From the IMG/VR virus record IMGVR_UViG_3300017917_003521: a stretch of DNA of 64,000 bases, one strand, 5' to 3'. Position 1 is the stretch's first letter, and the number at the start of each line of letters is the position of its first letter. The translations under genes were made by a program, and so were the position numbers. This document shows positions 8,999 through 19,300 of this stretch, in pieces. The DNA is from a virus. Taxonomy: Duplodnaviria; Heunggongvirae; Uroviricota; Caudoviricetes. Under the pieces are notes generated by a model. The model searched no databases and had not been told where the DNA came from. It saw only the letters and a program-made list of their open reading frames with translations.

Positions 8999-10500
8999 CA
9001 TTCGTTACAAGAGTAATCGCCTCGACCATCGCAGCTTGAACATTCAACATCACCGTTTCCTCTACACTCACCACAAGTGACATTACCAGAACCTCCACAT
9101 TCACCACATTCAATTTCATTTCCTTCTTCGTCTTCACCTAGATTACCAGATCCATCACATTCACCACATTGAACATTACCATCACCACCACACTCGTTGC
9201 AGGAATGTTCACCACTACCATAACAGTCACTACACTCTTGTCTACCAGAACCTCCACAATATTCACAAGTACCAATGTGACCACCCCCAGTATCTTCTAG
9301 TGTAAGACCTCCATTATCTATGTTTGATAATATACCATTTCCTTCTTGAAAGTACTTTAATGTATCTAAGTAAGGATAGTTACTGTAGTATTTCTTAGTA
9401 AGAGTAACTTTTAAATTCAAATCAGCCGTAGATCCATCCGGTGCAATTGTTCTTCCACTATCAGTACTACTGTTGTGAAATTTTACATACCAACCATTTT
9501 CTTTAGCGAAGTCTCTATATAATTGAACATCTGAATCGTTTATAGTATAGATTCTATCTAAGAATTTTTTACCATCATCTAACGTCCATAATAATGCTCT
9601 TCCTACAATTTTTTCATCGTCATCTTGAGATTTGAAAATTACTAGACTAACTTGTTCTGGATTTTCTGTGTAAATTTCTAACCAAGATTCGCGAGCACTA
9701 GCCATACAAGAAGAACCTAAAGTTCCTCTTCTTTCATAGTATGTATTACTATTATACCAATAATGAATATCACTACCTTTAACAACATGAAAGTAAGAAA
9801 ACTTATCATTCAATTTATCGATAGTTGCTTTGAAAAGATTAACAAATGCTTCATAATCTTTATCTTGAACATCTGTAACACCAGCCGCTCTTAATATTGC
9901 TCTAGCTCCTCTGCCAACTTTAATATCTTGTCTGTTTTTCGACCAAACTTCTCTCATTAAAGCAGATACTGAGTCAATTAGTCTTAGTTTATCTTGATTG
10001 TAAACACCTTGTCCTATTTCAACTCCTTCTTTATCTGTACCTTGACCACCTTTCCATTTAATCCAAAAGTATGTTTTACCTGATGATTCAGATGTTACTT
10101 TAGCAACCACTTCACCTATATCTCTTGAGTTAGGTTTGTATGGTTCAGAACCTTCTTCATAAGTATAACCTAATTTACCAAAAATACTATTATTTGAGTC
10201 TTTATGTTTTAACCAACCACCACCTGATCCTGTAAATCTATATTCTTCTTTAACTTGACCTAATATTTCTTGTGCCTTTCTATCGGGAATAAAATTTAAA
10301 CTATCATTTTTATCCAATGTTATATCAAAATAATTTGACTGAACTGGAACATCTTTGTTTTCAATTTCAAGTAATTTTTTAGCTATTGGATTTTCAATCT
10401 TAGCTAATGCTCTTCTTAATTTTTCTGAATAAACTACATTAGACTCTAACAAAAGATACTCTAGTGATTCGTTTATAAAATTGGAATATTTCTTAATCAT
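8995..10500 (-). CDS. protein with C-terminal array of ~8 DnaJ-type CxxCxGxG zinc-finger repeats; N-terminal MIKKYSNFINE family motif
   Basis: The C-terminus 'CEYCGGSGRQECSDCYGSGEHSCNECGGDGNVQCGECDGSGN...CGECGGSGNVTCGECRGNGDVECSSCDGRGDYSCNEC' is a run of CxxCxGxG units. The N-terminus carries the family motif. Confidence 0.5.
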   Translation of the reverse strand: MIKKYSNFINESLEYLLLESNVVYSEKLRRALAKIENPIAKKLLEIENKDVPVQSNYFDITLDKNDSLNFIPDRKAQEILGQVKEEYRFTGSGGGWLKHKDSNNSIFGKLGYTYEEGSEPYKPNSRDIGEVVAKVTSESSGKTYFWIKWKGGQGTDKEGVEIGQGVYNQDKLRLIDSVSALMREVWSKNRQDIKVGRGARAILRAAGVTDVQDKDYEAFVNLFKATIDKLNDKFSYFHVVKGSDIHYWYNSNTYYERRGTLGSSCMASARESWLEIYTENPEQVSLVIFKSQDDDEKIVGRALLWTLDDGKKFLDRIYTINDSDVQLYRDFAKENGWYVKFHNSSTDSGRTIAPDGSTADLNLKVTLTKKYYSNYPYLDTLKYFQEGNGILSNIDNGGLTLEDTGGGHIGTCEYCGGSGRQECSDCYGSGEHSCNECGGDGNVQCGECDGSGNLGEDEEGNEIECGECGGSGNVTCGECRGNGDVECSSCDGRGDYSCNEC

Positions 10501-10571
10501 TTCAACTATGTTATATTTTACGGATATAAGTATATATTAAATATATAAAGTACAAAAAACAATTTATTATT

Positions 10572-10763
10572 ATGCTAGTAGTTAAAGTTGAAGGAAATAT
10601 GACAATTGAAAAAGCTCTTAAAACACTTAAAAGAAAGTGGGACAAAACAAAATCTATGAAAGAGCTTAGAGAAAGAAAAGAGTTCAAAAAGAGATCAGTT
10701 AAAAGACGTGATGAAATCACTAGAGCCGCTTATATTCAGAAGAAATATAGAAATAATGATTAA
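10572..10763 (+). CDS. rpsU: ribosomal protein bS21
   Basis: The sequence 'LVVKVEGNMTIEKALKTLKRKWDKTKSMKELRERKEFKKRSVKRRDE' aligns with bacterial S21 (MPVIKVRENE...FKR...ELRRREFYEKP...). Phage-encoded S21 is known from Bacteroidetes and Pelagibacter phages. Confidence 0.7.
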   Translation: MLVVKVEGNMTIEKALKTLKRKWDKTKSMKELRERKEFKKRSVKRRDEITRAAYIQKKYRNND

Positions 10764-11052
10764 AAAACTGCTTAGTTTATTTCCTAATCAAACTAATAAA
10801 ACATATGACTTAGGGAAATTACAAAAATCTGGTTTTATAAAAAATTTAGATGATTTATCTGCTTGTCCAAATTGTAAAAGTAAAGATATAATTTGGGAGT
10901 TCTTTATACCAACAGATGGTTCTAAAACAACTCAAGATAGTTTATCTATTTGTAGAGATTGTGGTTACAATGATAAAAGAGGTGCATTTGAAGAAACAAA
11001 TAAAGCCATTTTTAGACAACAAAAAATTAATCAAATATTAGATGGGATTTAA
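10708..11052 (+). CDS. zinc-ribbon protein
   Basis: Two Cys pairs, 'CPNCKSKD' and 'CRDCGYND'. Confidence 0.4.
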   Translation: MMKSLEPLIFRRNIEIMIKKLLSLFPNQTNKTYDLGKLQKSGFIKNLDDLSACPNCKSKDIIWEFFIPTDGSKTTQDSLSICRDCGYNDKRGAFEETNKAIFRQQKINQILDGI

Positions 11053-11257
11053 TAAAAGATTTATCAGTCGTAAAAATTTAGAAATAATAGCTGAACAAGG
11101 TTTAGATAGTTTGATTAATTATATAATTAAACCGGATGCTCTTATAATAGAGTCTGATGGTATTTCAGAAAAAGTTTGTGATATTGTAGGTAATACAAAA
11201 GATAAAAAAGAAATTAAGAAAAAATTAAAAGAAATAGGATTCTATGAATTTGAATAA
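11042..11257 (+). CDS. hypothetical protein
   Basis: 71-aa ORF. Confidence 0.35.
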   Translation: MGFNKRFISRKNLEIIAEQGLDSLINYIIKPDALIIESDGISEKVCDIVGNTKDKKEIKKKLKEIGFYEFE

Positions 11258-11954
11258 AAACTACTATAGTATTCTTGGTGTTAAAAATACCGATGATGAA
11301 AAGACTATTAAAAAAGCTTATTATAAATTATCATTCACTAACCACCCTGATAAAGGTGGTGATGCTATTCTTTTTAGTGAGATGACAGAAGCATACGATA
11401 TTCTTTGTAGTGATAATAGAAAAGACTATGATTTAAAAAGTAAATTTGGAAATAACTATAACGAATATTTTGAATTATTTGATGTAAATATTGATTTTGA
11501 TTTTGATAAAGAAAAGTCAAATTTTGAAAAGTTTAAAAAATATGAAGTTAATGATATATATGTAACCATTGATGACAATTTTAATGGTTCATTAGAATAT
11601 GAGAGATGGGTAAAATGTAAAACTTGTGATGGTACTGGAAAAGACTTATCTGCAAAAATTGTTATTAAAGATAATGATGGTAATATTTTAAGAACTTTTG
11701 ATGCTGATGATGGATGTGATTTTTGTGAGGGCTCTGGTAAAGACTATAAAGGAGAAACTTGTAATTTTTGTCAAGGAGCTGGCAAAGTAGGACTAACACC
11801 ATGTAAAAAGTGCAACGGTGAAAAAAGAATATTAGGTAAACAAAAATTATCTGGAATTAAGCTAACAGGTGATGAGACTAAAATAGAATCAATGGGTAAC
11901 TGTTCTAAAGATGTTGTAGGAATGGTTGGATCTCTTATTCTAAAGAGAGGTTAA
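11244..11954 (+). CDS. DnaJ-like co-chaperone (J domain with HPD plus CxxCxGxG zinc-finger repeats)
   Basis: 'YYSILGVKNTDDEKTIKKAYYKLSFTNHPDKGG' is a J-domain with the HPD motif. It is followed by 'CKTCDGTGKD', 'CDFCEGSGKD', 'CNFCQGAGK' and 'CKKCNGEKR'. Confidence 0.65.
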   Translation: MNLNKNYYSILGVKNTDDEKTIKKAYYKLSFTNHPDKGGDAILFSEMTEAYDILCSDNRKDYDLKSKFGNNYNEYFELFDVNIDFDFDKEKSNFEKFKKYEVNDIYVTIDDNFNGSLEYERWVKCKTCDGTGKDLSAKIVIKDNDGNILRTFDADDGCDFCEGSGKDYKGETCNFCQGAGKVGLTPCKKCNGEKRILGKQKLSGIKLTGDETKIESMGNCSKDVVGMVGSLILKRG

Positions 11955-12845
11955 TTCTAAAAATCTAGGAATTAAATTTTCAAATCCTCTTTTTTTACAA
12001 TTTTCAATTATATAATTTAAGAACCATTTAACATACTTTTCGTTATAAGTATCTGTATTTTTTCTTAAAAAAACCTTATCGTATCCAATATGATATATAT
12101 GATTATATGAATTTTGCCAATTCCATAAACCATCAACTTCTTCTGATTTATTCCAGCCTTTACCTGTATTAAAAGTACTTAGTAAAGTTTTCTGATTAAC
12201 ATTCATATCTATTGCTAGTTCTGCTAAGAATCTTTGTTCAATAAAATAAACACTATACTTATTTAAGTTTTTGTTTTCAACTGAACACTTTTTCATCCAA
12301 TTTATACCTATATTGGTATATTTATCTTTCAAATCTTTATTATTTAGATATACAAGACTTGCATTAAGTGGCATGTTTTTCCAATTTGAATCATAGTTTA
12401 TTTCATAGTCAGATATTATAATATCACTGTCCGTGTAACAGGATAATGATAAATCTTCTTTATATGATGTTACTAAATCATAATTAAATATATTCCAATC
12501 AGATATACTATCCCATATAAGAATATCACAATCAATAAATAAAAAAGGATTATTTAACTCTTTATAAACTCTTAGTTTAGAATTAGACCAAAATATAGAT
12601 TTATTTATACCAATATCACTTTTTAACAAGTCTGTATTTATTTCAGACCATGAATCTGATATATTATATTTATTTAATAACTCTAGTATTTTATCATCAG
12701 TGTAAAATATTAACGGTGTATTAGGATTTTTAATTTTCCATATATTAGCATTTAGCCACATTAATGCTAATTCATAACTTGTTAATTGCTGTGGATATGA
12801 ATCTTTTGTATAAGGTACACTTTCTAGAACTTGAATTCCTATCAT
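11940..12845 (-). CDS. putative glycosyltransferase (DxD-type nucleotide-sugar transferase fold)
   Basis: 'LIFYTDDKILELL' and 'FLFIDCDILIWDS' resemble the DxD motifs of GT-A-fold transferases. Assignment is weak. Confidence 0.3.
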   Translation of the reverse strand: MIGIQVLESVPYTKDSYPQQLTSYELALMWLNANIWKIKNPNTPLIFYTDDKILELLNKYNISDSWSEINTDLLKSDIGINKSIFWSNSKLRVYKELNNPFLFIDCDILIWDSISDWNIFNYDLVTSYKEDLSLSCYTDSDIIISDYEINYDSNWKNMPLNASLVYLNNKDLKDKYTNIGINWMKKCSVENKNLNKYSVYFIEQRFLAELAIDMNVNQKTLLSTFNTGKGWNKSEEVDGLWNWQNSYNHIYHIGYDKVFLRKNTDTYNEKYVKWFLNYIIENCKKRGFENLIPRFLELTSL

Positions 12846-12875
12846 TTAATTTTTATTAATAAATAATAAAAATGT

Positions 12876-15800
12876 TTAAGATTTTTCAAATTTAACATCT
12901 AAATTTGTATAATCAACCCAGTAGAATCCATCTTTAATTGATAAAGAATTTTCAAATTTAGTTCCTAACAATTCTTGTGCAATAACACCTCTAAATCTAT
13001 TTTTGTTATTAACATAATTCCACTCATAGATATTTATACCCATTAGACTTAATCCAACTTTCACAATATTTTCTTTCAATCTTATATCAGAGAAGCCGCC
13101 ACTTCCTACAGTTTCATTTGAGAAAAGAAAGTTAGTGTTATTTGTCTCATATAAAGCTGTATTACCAACACCAGCACCTACACCACCTACGCCTAATCCA
13201 ACACCACTAACTACGGTATTAGAATTTTGTGTACTTATACTGTCAAGGCCGATAGATATATTATTTATAAAACTAAAGTTTTCATTACTATAATCAATAA
13301 ATGGCGATATACCCTGGAATGGAACTTGAACTCCTTTATTTATATTATCTTCTGTGAAATATTGGAAGAAAGGAATCATATCAACTTCATAAAAATGTAA
13401 GTTATCTATGTAATACTCATTTTTAGTAGTAGTATTAGAACTTAAACCTTGGAAATTCATTGATAAGTTTCTCTTATTATAAAAATATTCCATTTTTTTC
13501 TTCTTATTAGTTGTTAAGTGATTTACGTTTTTATAAACTGGTAAATATGTAGCATCTGTTCTAAAGCTAAAAGTGAGTCCGGATAGACTTATACTTCTAT
13601 ATGTATAGTTTAAATTATCAAAATGTATAAATGGTGTATAAATAACTGCAAACTTTTTAGTAACATCAGTGTAAAGTGATGTGTTATTAGTAGAGTATGT
13701 AACTAGATCAAACTCTACTTTTGTGTATCTTAATTTTTTTATTTCCTCATTTGTTCTATTATTTACATCATCTGCAGGATTAGGAACTATATCTAATATA
13801 CCACCTCTACTCATTGATGTTACTTTTAATAGATTTCCTGTATCTTCTTCAGAGTTTGATGATACTCTCGAAAAATCTATAAATGTTGGAGAAACACTTG
13901 AGTATGTCCAACCTTGATTTAAAAATACATCACTATTAAAAGTAGATACAACTCCTGAGGTTAGTCCATAAAATGCAGTAAATACACCACCAAAATCATC
14001 TTCAAACAGACCAGCATCACCTATATAATCATCAAATATTTTATATTTTGTTCCTAATTTATATTTTCTTATAGTTGTTGAAAAACTATCTCTGAATGTT
14101 GATGAACTTTCAAGTACATCATTTGTTACATAACCATATAGGTTATTTTCAGAATAACTTCTCTTTGAAACAGAGTTTAATACACTTTGAGGTTTCCCTA
14201 TATTAGTTGCAGAGGTATTATCAAATACCACATCTAACCAAGAATTGTAAACAAATACAGCATTACTTTCAGCAGATACATTAGATGTTACTTTTGAAAT
14301 GTTATTTGATTTGAAATCTATATTTTGTATTAAACCTTTTGATAGATTAACTGTTATTTGACCACCTTCATTTAAACTATCGCTACCCCAATCTTGATCT
14401 ATTACTATTTGATACGGATTCACAACCTGTGTTACAATATGTTCACCATCATATTGTGGATTTACATCTTTGTCAGTCTTGTCAATAATTATCACATCAC
14501 CAACAGATAAACCGTGAGGTACACTATTTGTTCCAAATTGCAAACCAACAGAACCTGAACTGAATATAGTATCTACAAATGGTGGTACTGTATATTTTTG
14601 AGAATAGAAATGTCCACCATCAAATACACCATCTATCCAATGTGAGTTATACATTTCAGTTATCAAAGGATATCCTTTAAATAAACCGTAATTCCAAATA
14701 CCTTTAAAGTATCCATTTAAGAAACCACCAGATAACCAAACATTTTTTGTAACATATATTCTGTGATTATCAGAGTCTCTTTCAATTCTTCTTAAAGGAA
14801 AATTATTATCAAACTCAACAATAATACTATTTGTTGTTTTATTTATTATAGTGTAATATCCTTTTATAAGCTTTCTATCCTCATTAATATCTATTGATAC
14901 TATATTAGAAATTGAAACATTATCTCCGATATTGAATTTAGACACAGACGATTCTGGTCCAATAATTTGAACTCTCCATCTTTTAGATTTATTATAGTTA
15001 AAGAATAATGAAACATTTGTAAATTCATACATATTATCATCTACTCTCCATCCTGTATTCCAAACACCATTTTCCCATATACCTGCTTTAAATGAACCAT
15101 TTCCCATTTTTGAGTATATTTTACTAATACCTGGATTGTATAATGATGCGGTTGCATTTATAGTATTACCTGTTCCAACTAAAGTCGAGTATGCTACATT
15201 TGATAGACCGGTCGCTATTGAATATGTTGGTGCGTTACTCATAACATATTGTCTATTGTTTCCAGGATGGTATCCACCTTCTATTTTTATATTAGATAAA
15301 TATATAGAAGAATATGTAGGACTTGAAGATGTAGCACCAGCGAATCCACCAACAAATAATATGTATTTATTTCCTCTTAGACCATAAAATGCATGAGATA
15401 TAGAAGAAGTCAGAGATGTAGCACCAGTTGATGAAACACTTTGTGTTAATGTCGCTAGTAACGTAGCACCAGTTGGTGGTGTGTATACTCCAGATTGCAA
15501 AGCTACCCAGTCCGGATCAGATAAAACAGGTGCGTTTGATGTGTATATTCTCAATGGAAAGTTTCCATTATTTTGATAACCAAAAGAAATATTATAGTAT
15601 GTATAAGGTATGAATTTATATAAACCATTATTCAACCTATACCCTATTCTTGATGCTTTAGCACCGTTTGGACCACCAACAGGAAAATAACCTCTTACAC
15701 TAGCACTAGCACTAGTTGAAGGTGTTCCATAAACATAATCATACCAGTAGTATTTATCTGAGTTTTTGTCATAATACCAACCAAGTGAATTTTTAACACT

Positions 15801-16256
15801 GGGTAATAACTCTGTTCCAGTTTCTTTGTAGTATGAAAAACCTAATATATTAAAATCTAATTCATTTAGTTTAAAATCTGTTATACCTCTAATTCCACTA
15901 AATGTTCCATTAGCTTTGAATGTTGCTCTATTAGTTGATACTAAGTTTGTAGTTGGTGTTGAGTAGTGAAAAAAACTTTGAGTTCCCAATCCAGATGGTA
16001 CTGTGTTTGTAGATGTCATTCCTCTTGTATAACTCAACTCATCTGCCCAAGCTGGTGAAACAGAAAAAGATGCCGCATTTGCATACAAACCAACCGTATT
16101 AGTTACTATTTGATACGTTTTATTTGTTGAATAAGTATAAGAACCCGCATTATTATAAAGAGTGTAAATACCACCTACTATTGTACGAGTAGTATCTAAT
16201 TGTAGCCTGTTTGGTGAGGCTGTTAGTTTCCAATGATTATATCCTGACAGAGGCAT
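12876..16256 (-). CDS. tail fiber/spike protein with C-terminal intramolecular chaperone (peptidase S74-like) domain
   Basis: The 1126-aa protein ends '...FSDIRLKENIVKVGLSLMGINIYEWNY...GVIAQELL', matching the conserved SDxRxKxNI Ser-Lys dyad motif of phage fiber intramolecular chaperone domains. Confidence 0.6.
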   Translation of the reverse strand: MPLSGYNHWKLTASPNRLQLDTTRTIVGGIYTLYNNAGSYTYSTNKTYQIVTNTVGLYANAASFSVSPAWADELSYTRGMTSTNTVPSGLGTQSFFHYSTPTTNLVSTNRATFKANGTFSGIRGITDFKLNELDFNILGFSYYKETGTELLPSVKNSLGWYYDKNSDKYYWYDYVYGTPSTSASASVRGYFPVGGPNGAKASRIGYRLNNGLYKFIPYTYYNISFGYQNNGNFPLRIYTSNAPVLSDPDWVALQSGVYTPPTGATLLATLTQSVSSTGATSLTSSISHAFYGLRGNKYILFVGGFAGATSSSPTYSSIYLSNIKIEGGYHPGNNRQYVMSNAPTYSIATGLSNVAYSTLVGTGNTINATASLYNPGISKIYSKMGNGSFKAGIWENGVWNTGWRVDDNMYEFTNVSLFFNYNKSKRWRVQIIGPESSVSKFNIGDNVSISNIVSIDINEDRKLIKGYYTIINKTTNSIIVEFDNNFPLRRIERDSDNHRIYVTKNVWLSGGFLNGYFKGIWNYGLFKGYPLITEMYNSHWIDGVFDGGHFYSQKYTVPPFVDTIFSSGSVGLQFGTNSVPHGLSVGDVIIIDKTDKDVNPQYDGEHIVTQVVNPYQIVIDQDWGSDSLNEGGQITVNLSKGLIQNIDFKSNNISKVTSNVSAESNAVFVYNSWLDVVFDNTSATNIGKPQSVLNSVSKRSYSENNLYGYVTNDVLESSSTFRDSFSTTIRKYKLGTKYKIFDDYIGDAGLFEDDFGGVFTAFYGLTSGVVSTFNSDVFLNQGWTYSSVSPTFIDFSRVSSNSEEDTGNLLKVTSMSRGGILDIVPNPADDVNNRTNEEIKKLRYTKVEFDLVTYSTNNTSLYTDVTKKFAVIYTPFIHFDNLNYTYRSISLSGLTFSFRTDATYLPVYKNVNHLTTNKKKKMEYFYNKRNLSMNFQGLSSNTTTKNEYYIDNLHFYEVDMIPFFQYFTEDNINKGVQVPFQGISPFIDYSNENFSFINNISIGLDSISTQNSNTVVSGVGLGVGGVGAGVGNTALYETNNTNFLFSNETVGSGGFSDIRLKENIVKVGLSLMGINIYEWNYVNNKNRFRGVIAQELLGTKFENSLSIKDGFYWVDYTNLDVKFEKS

Positions 16257-16313
16257 CTACTTTTTTATTTTTTATTTTATATTTTATATATTTATAATTT
16301 CGTTTTACTACCT

Positions 16314-19300
16314 TTAAGCTTCTTCTACCGCTTCAAGACCTGGGTCTATAAGAGCTTCTCCAGCAACATAAGAGTATGGATTAAATCCAGAAGATGACCA
16401 TCCGTTTGTGCTTTGTGAGTTAGTTGGTATAACCTCAGCTACTGCTGACTTTATAGTAGTTTCTTCACCACCAGGAACTAAGAATATATTCCAAATATGA
16501 CATGAAGAAGTACCACTCCAAGACATACCTCTTTTTAAGATACTATAAACATAGTCACTGTCTACAATACCATCAAATTCAAATGATGATCCATACCAGT
16601 TACCGTTTCTCCATTTACCATTTTCCCAGAATACGTTAAATGCATTCATATATGATGCTATTCCGTTTTCCCATATCATACCAGTTGCCGTACCTATAAT
16701 AAAATTGCCATTTTTCCATCTTGAGATATAGAAATCACTTTGTTCAAGATCTCCATTTTGCCAATAACAAGTATTATCATTTATATTAAATGATTGAGTT
16801 GGTGATCCATTTCTTCTAACATAAGGATTAAACGAACTACTTATAAATTTACCTCTTTCGAATGCACCATCTAACCAAACAGAACTATTCATTTCACCAC
16901 TTGTGTGACTAAATGTACCTGATAACCAAAGAGCATTTGTAAATTTAGCTTTTTTAGGTGGTAAGTTAATCTTTTCTAAGGTGTTAGCTTTTACAATTTT
17001 TGTAAAAAACTTTTTATCTTTAATAAATTTATCCTTTGTATTTGTAAACATACCACTTCTCCACTTGCCCCAATAAGAATAAGTATATGAGTCTACAAAT
17101 GTATTAGCATTAGCACAAGTTAATCCTGAAACTGGATTTCCTCCACTTCCTTGAAACTCACCATATAAGAAAACACCATTATTCCAAACTCTTCCCTTGA
17201 ATATACCTCCGTTAAAGTCACCTGTGTACCATATTGAATTAGTTAAGCCATTTGCATTTCCAAATTCACCACCATTAAATGTTCCATTTTCCCAGCCATA
17301 ATCAACTTGATTTGTGCTATCACTAATAGACCAACCATATGATGATAAGAATTTACCACCATTGAATATACCATTTTTCCATTTAGCATTTGTTATAAAT
17401 TGACCACCATTAAATGTTCCATTTTCCCATATTGATGAGTGTGATAGTCCTTGATTTATATCAGAACCAAATAAACCATTTAAGAATAATCCATCTTTCC
17501 AAACTATACTTTGTGTTATATAACCTGAAGGACTTTGATTAATATCAACTGAGTAAATTGTTGCATTCTCTACTGTTGCATAACTTATTGTGCCGTTATA
17601 GAAGTGTGTATCAGTGGATGATATTTGATTACTACCAATTATACCATTTGAGTAAATACCATCATACCATTTAGAATAGTAGAATCTACCGTTAGAAAAA
17701 GTTCCTGATTCCCAATCTGATTTGAAAAACTCACCATTTAAGAATCTACCATTTTGCCAAGAATTTCTATTATTAGGTAATGTTCCTTTTCTGTAGTAAG
17801 AGTTTATATTTTCAGAATAGTAGAAAGGATTTGATGTGGTAGCCGAGCCGTTAAATGTTCTTGAATTATAGAATGTACCACCGTCAAAAATACCATCAAT
17901 CCATCTAGTATCTCTAATCGTACCTTTGCTAAATGTTGGACCATTCCATATAGAATTCTGAACTATACCTGAGTTCCAAGAGTCAGATCCTGTTACAAAG
18001 AAAGAATTTAAATATGTAGCATTTGATAAAATATTACCGTTATTTGAGAATATAGAATCAGATACTACTAGATTTCTTATTTTTTCTAAATTGTTAAAAT
18101 CTTTATCAAAGTAATCGTAATCTAAATTTTGAATTATAGAGTTACTGAAATAAGTTCTTCTTAAAAATCCAGATTTTACATTTGATTTACTTATTTTTAA
18201 TTTCTTTATATGACCATATCTATTCTCAGCTTTATCTGTATAAAAATAACCATTTGAAGCAGATAAACTTATTATCTGGCTATATGTTCCAACTTCTTGT
18301 AATTTATAAACACCATTTGTGTTAGATATAACCTTATAAGTATCAGGTATTCTATACAAATTCACACCATCATTAAAATCAACAGAATCTAAGAATACAA
18401 TATCTCCAACCTTGAATAGACTGGATTCTTTATAGTTAACATCATATGATGTAGTTGCTGTTAAATATAGATTTGAATCTATAGATAAACTATAACTACC
18501 ACCTGTTGTAAAAGGAACAGTTATATTATTATCGTTGTTTAATTCAATATGTGTTCCACCGTTCCAATCTGAATTTTCTATTAAGCCACTATCAAAGTCA
18601 GAATCAACTATAAATGCTTTTGATATATCAATTATATTAGAAACAGAATATGTAAAAGTAGAAGAATTATAATTAAAGTCTATGTTTTCACTAGTTATTA
18701 AAGAAGATGTATCAAATCTACTTACCCAAATATCTAAAGAATAGTGTGTACTATTAGGATTTTCAACATTTATTTTAGTATAAGTTCTTACTCCATTAAT
18801 TCCAAAAGATCCAGTTGCTGAATTAAATTTATATTTATTATCTTCTGGTGTAGACAAGAAAGCTGAATATTCATAACCTCTTTTACCTATTGGATTTAAT
18901 CCAAAATTCTCTTCAGTATATTCTGTCCAAGAACCAATTTTGAATTTTTTATCAAAAAAGTTAATAACATCTTTTGATAGATTATTTATTTTAAGACCCT
19001 TTAGATAAAAAACATCACCTGTTCTAAGTCTTTCATATCCAGTTTTATCAATATAAAACTTGAATACTTTTTGATCTATACTATTTGATGAACTAAATGT
19101 AAATCCATTAAGTATTGTCTCAGATGCAGTTAATTCATCATAAGCGTGTATCTTTATAAGATTATCACTATTATAACTTGAATTTTTAAAAACAGAACTA
19201 TTAAAGTATGAATTAATTGATTTTGTCTTTTCAAATTTAGAATTATTTGATTTTGTATTTTTTAACTCTGACTCTTTTAGATAAGAGTGATTAAATACAC

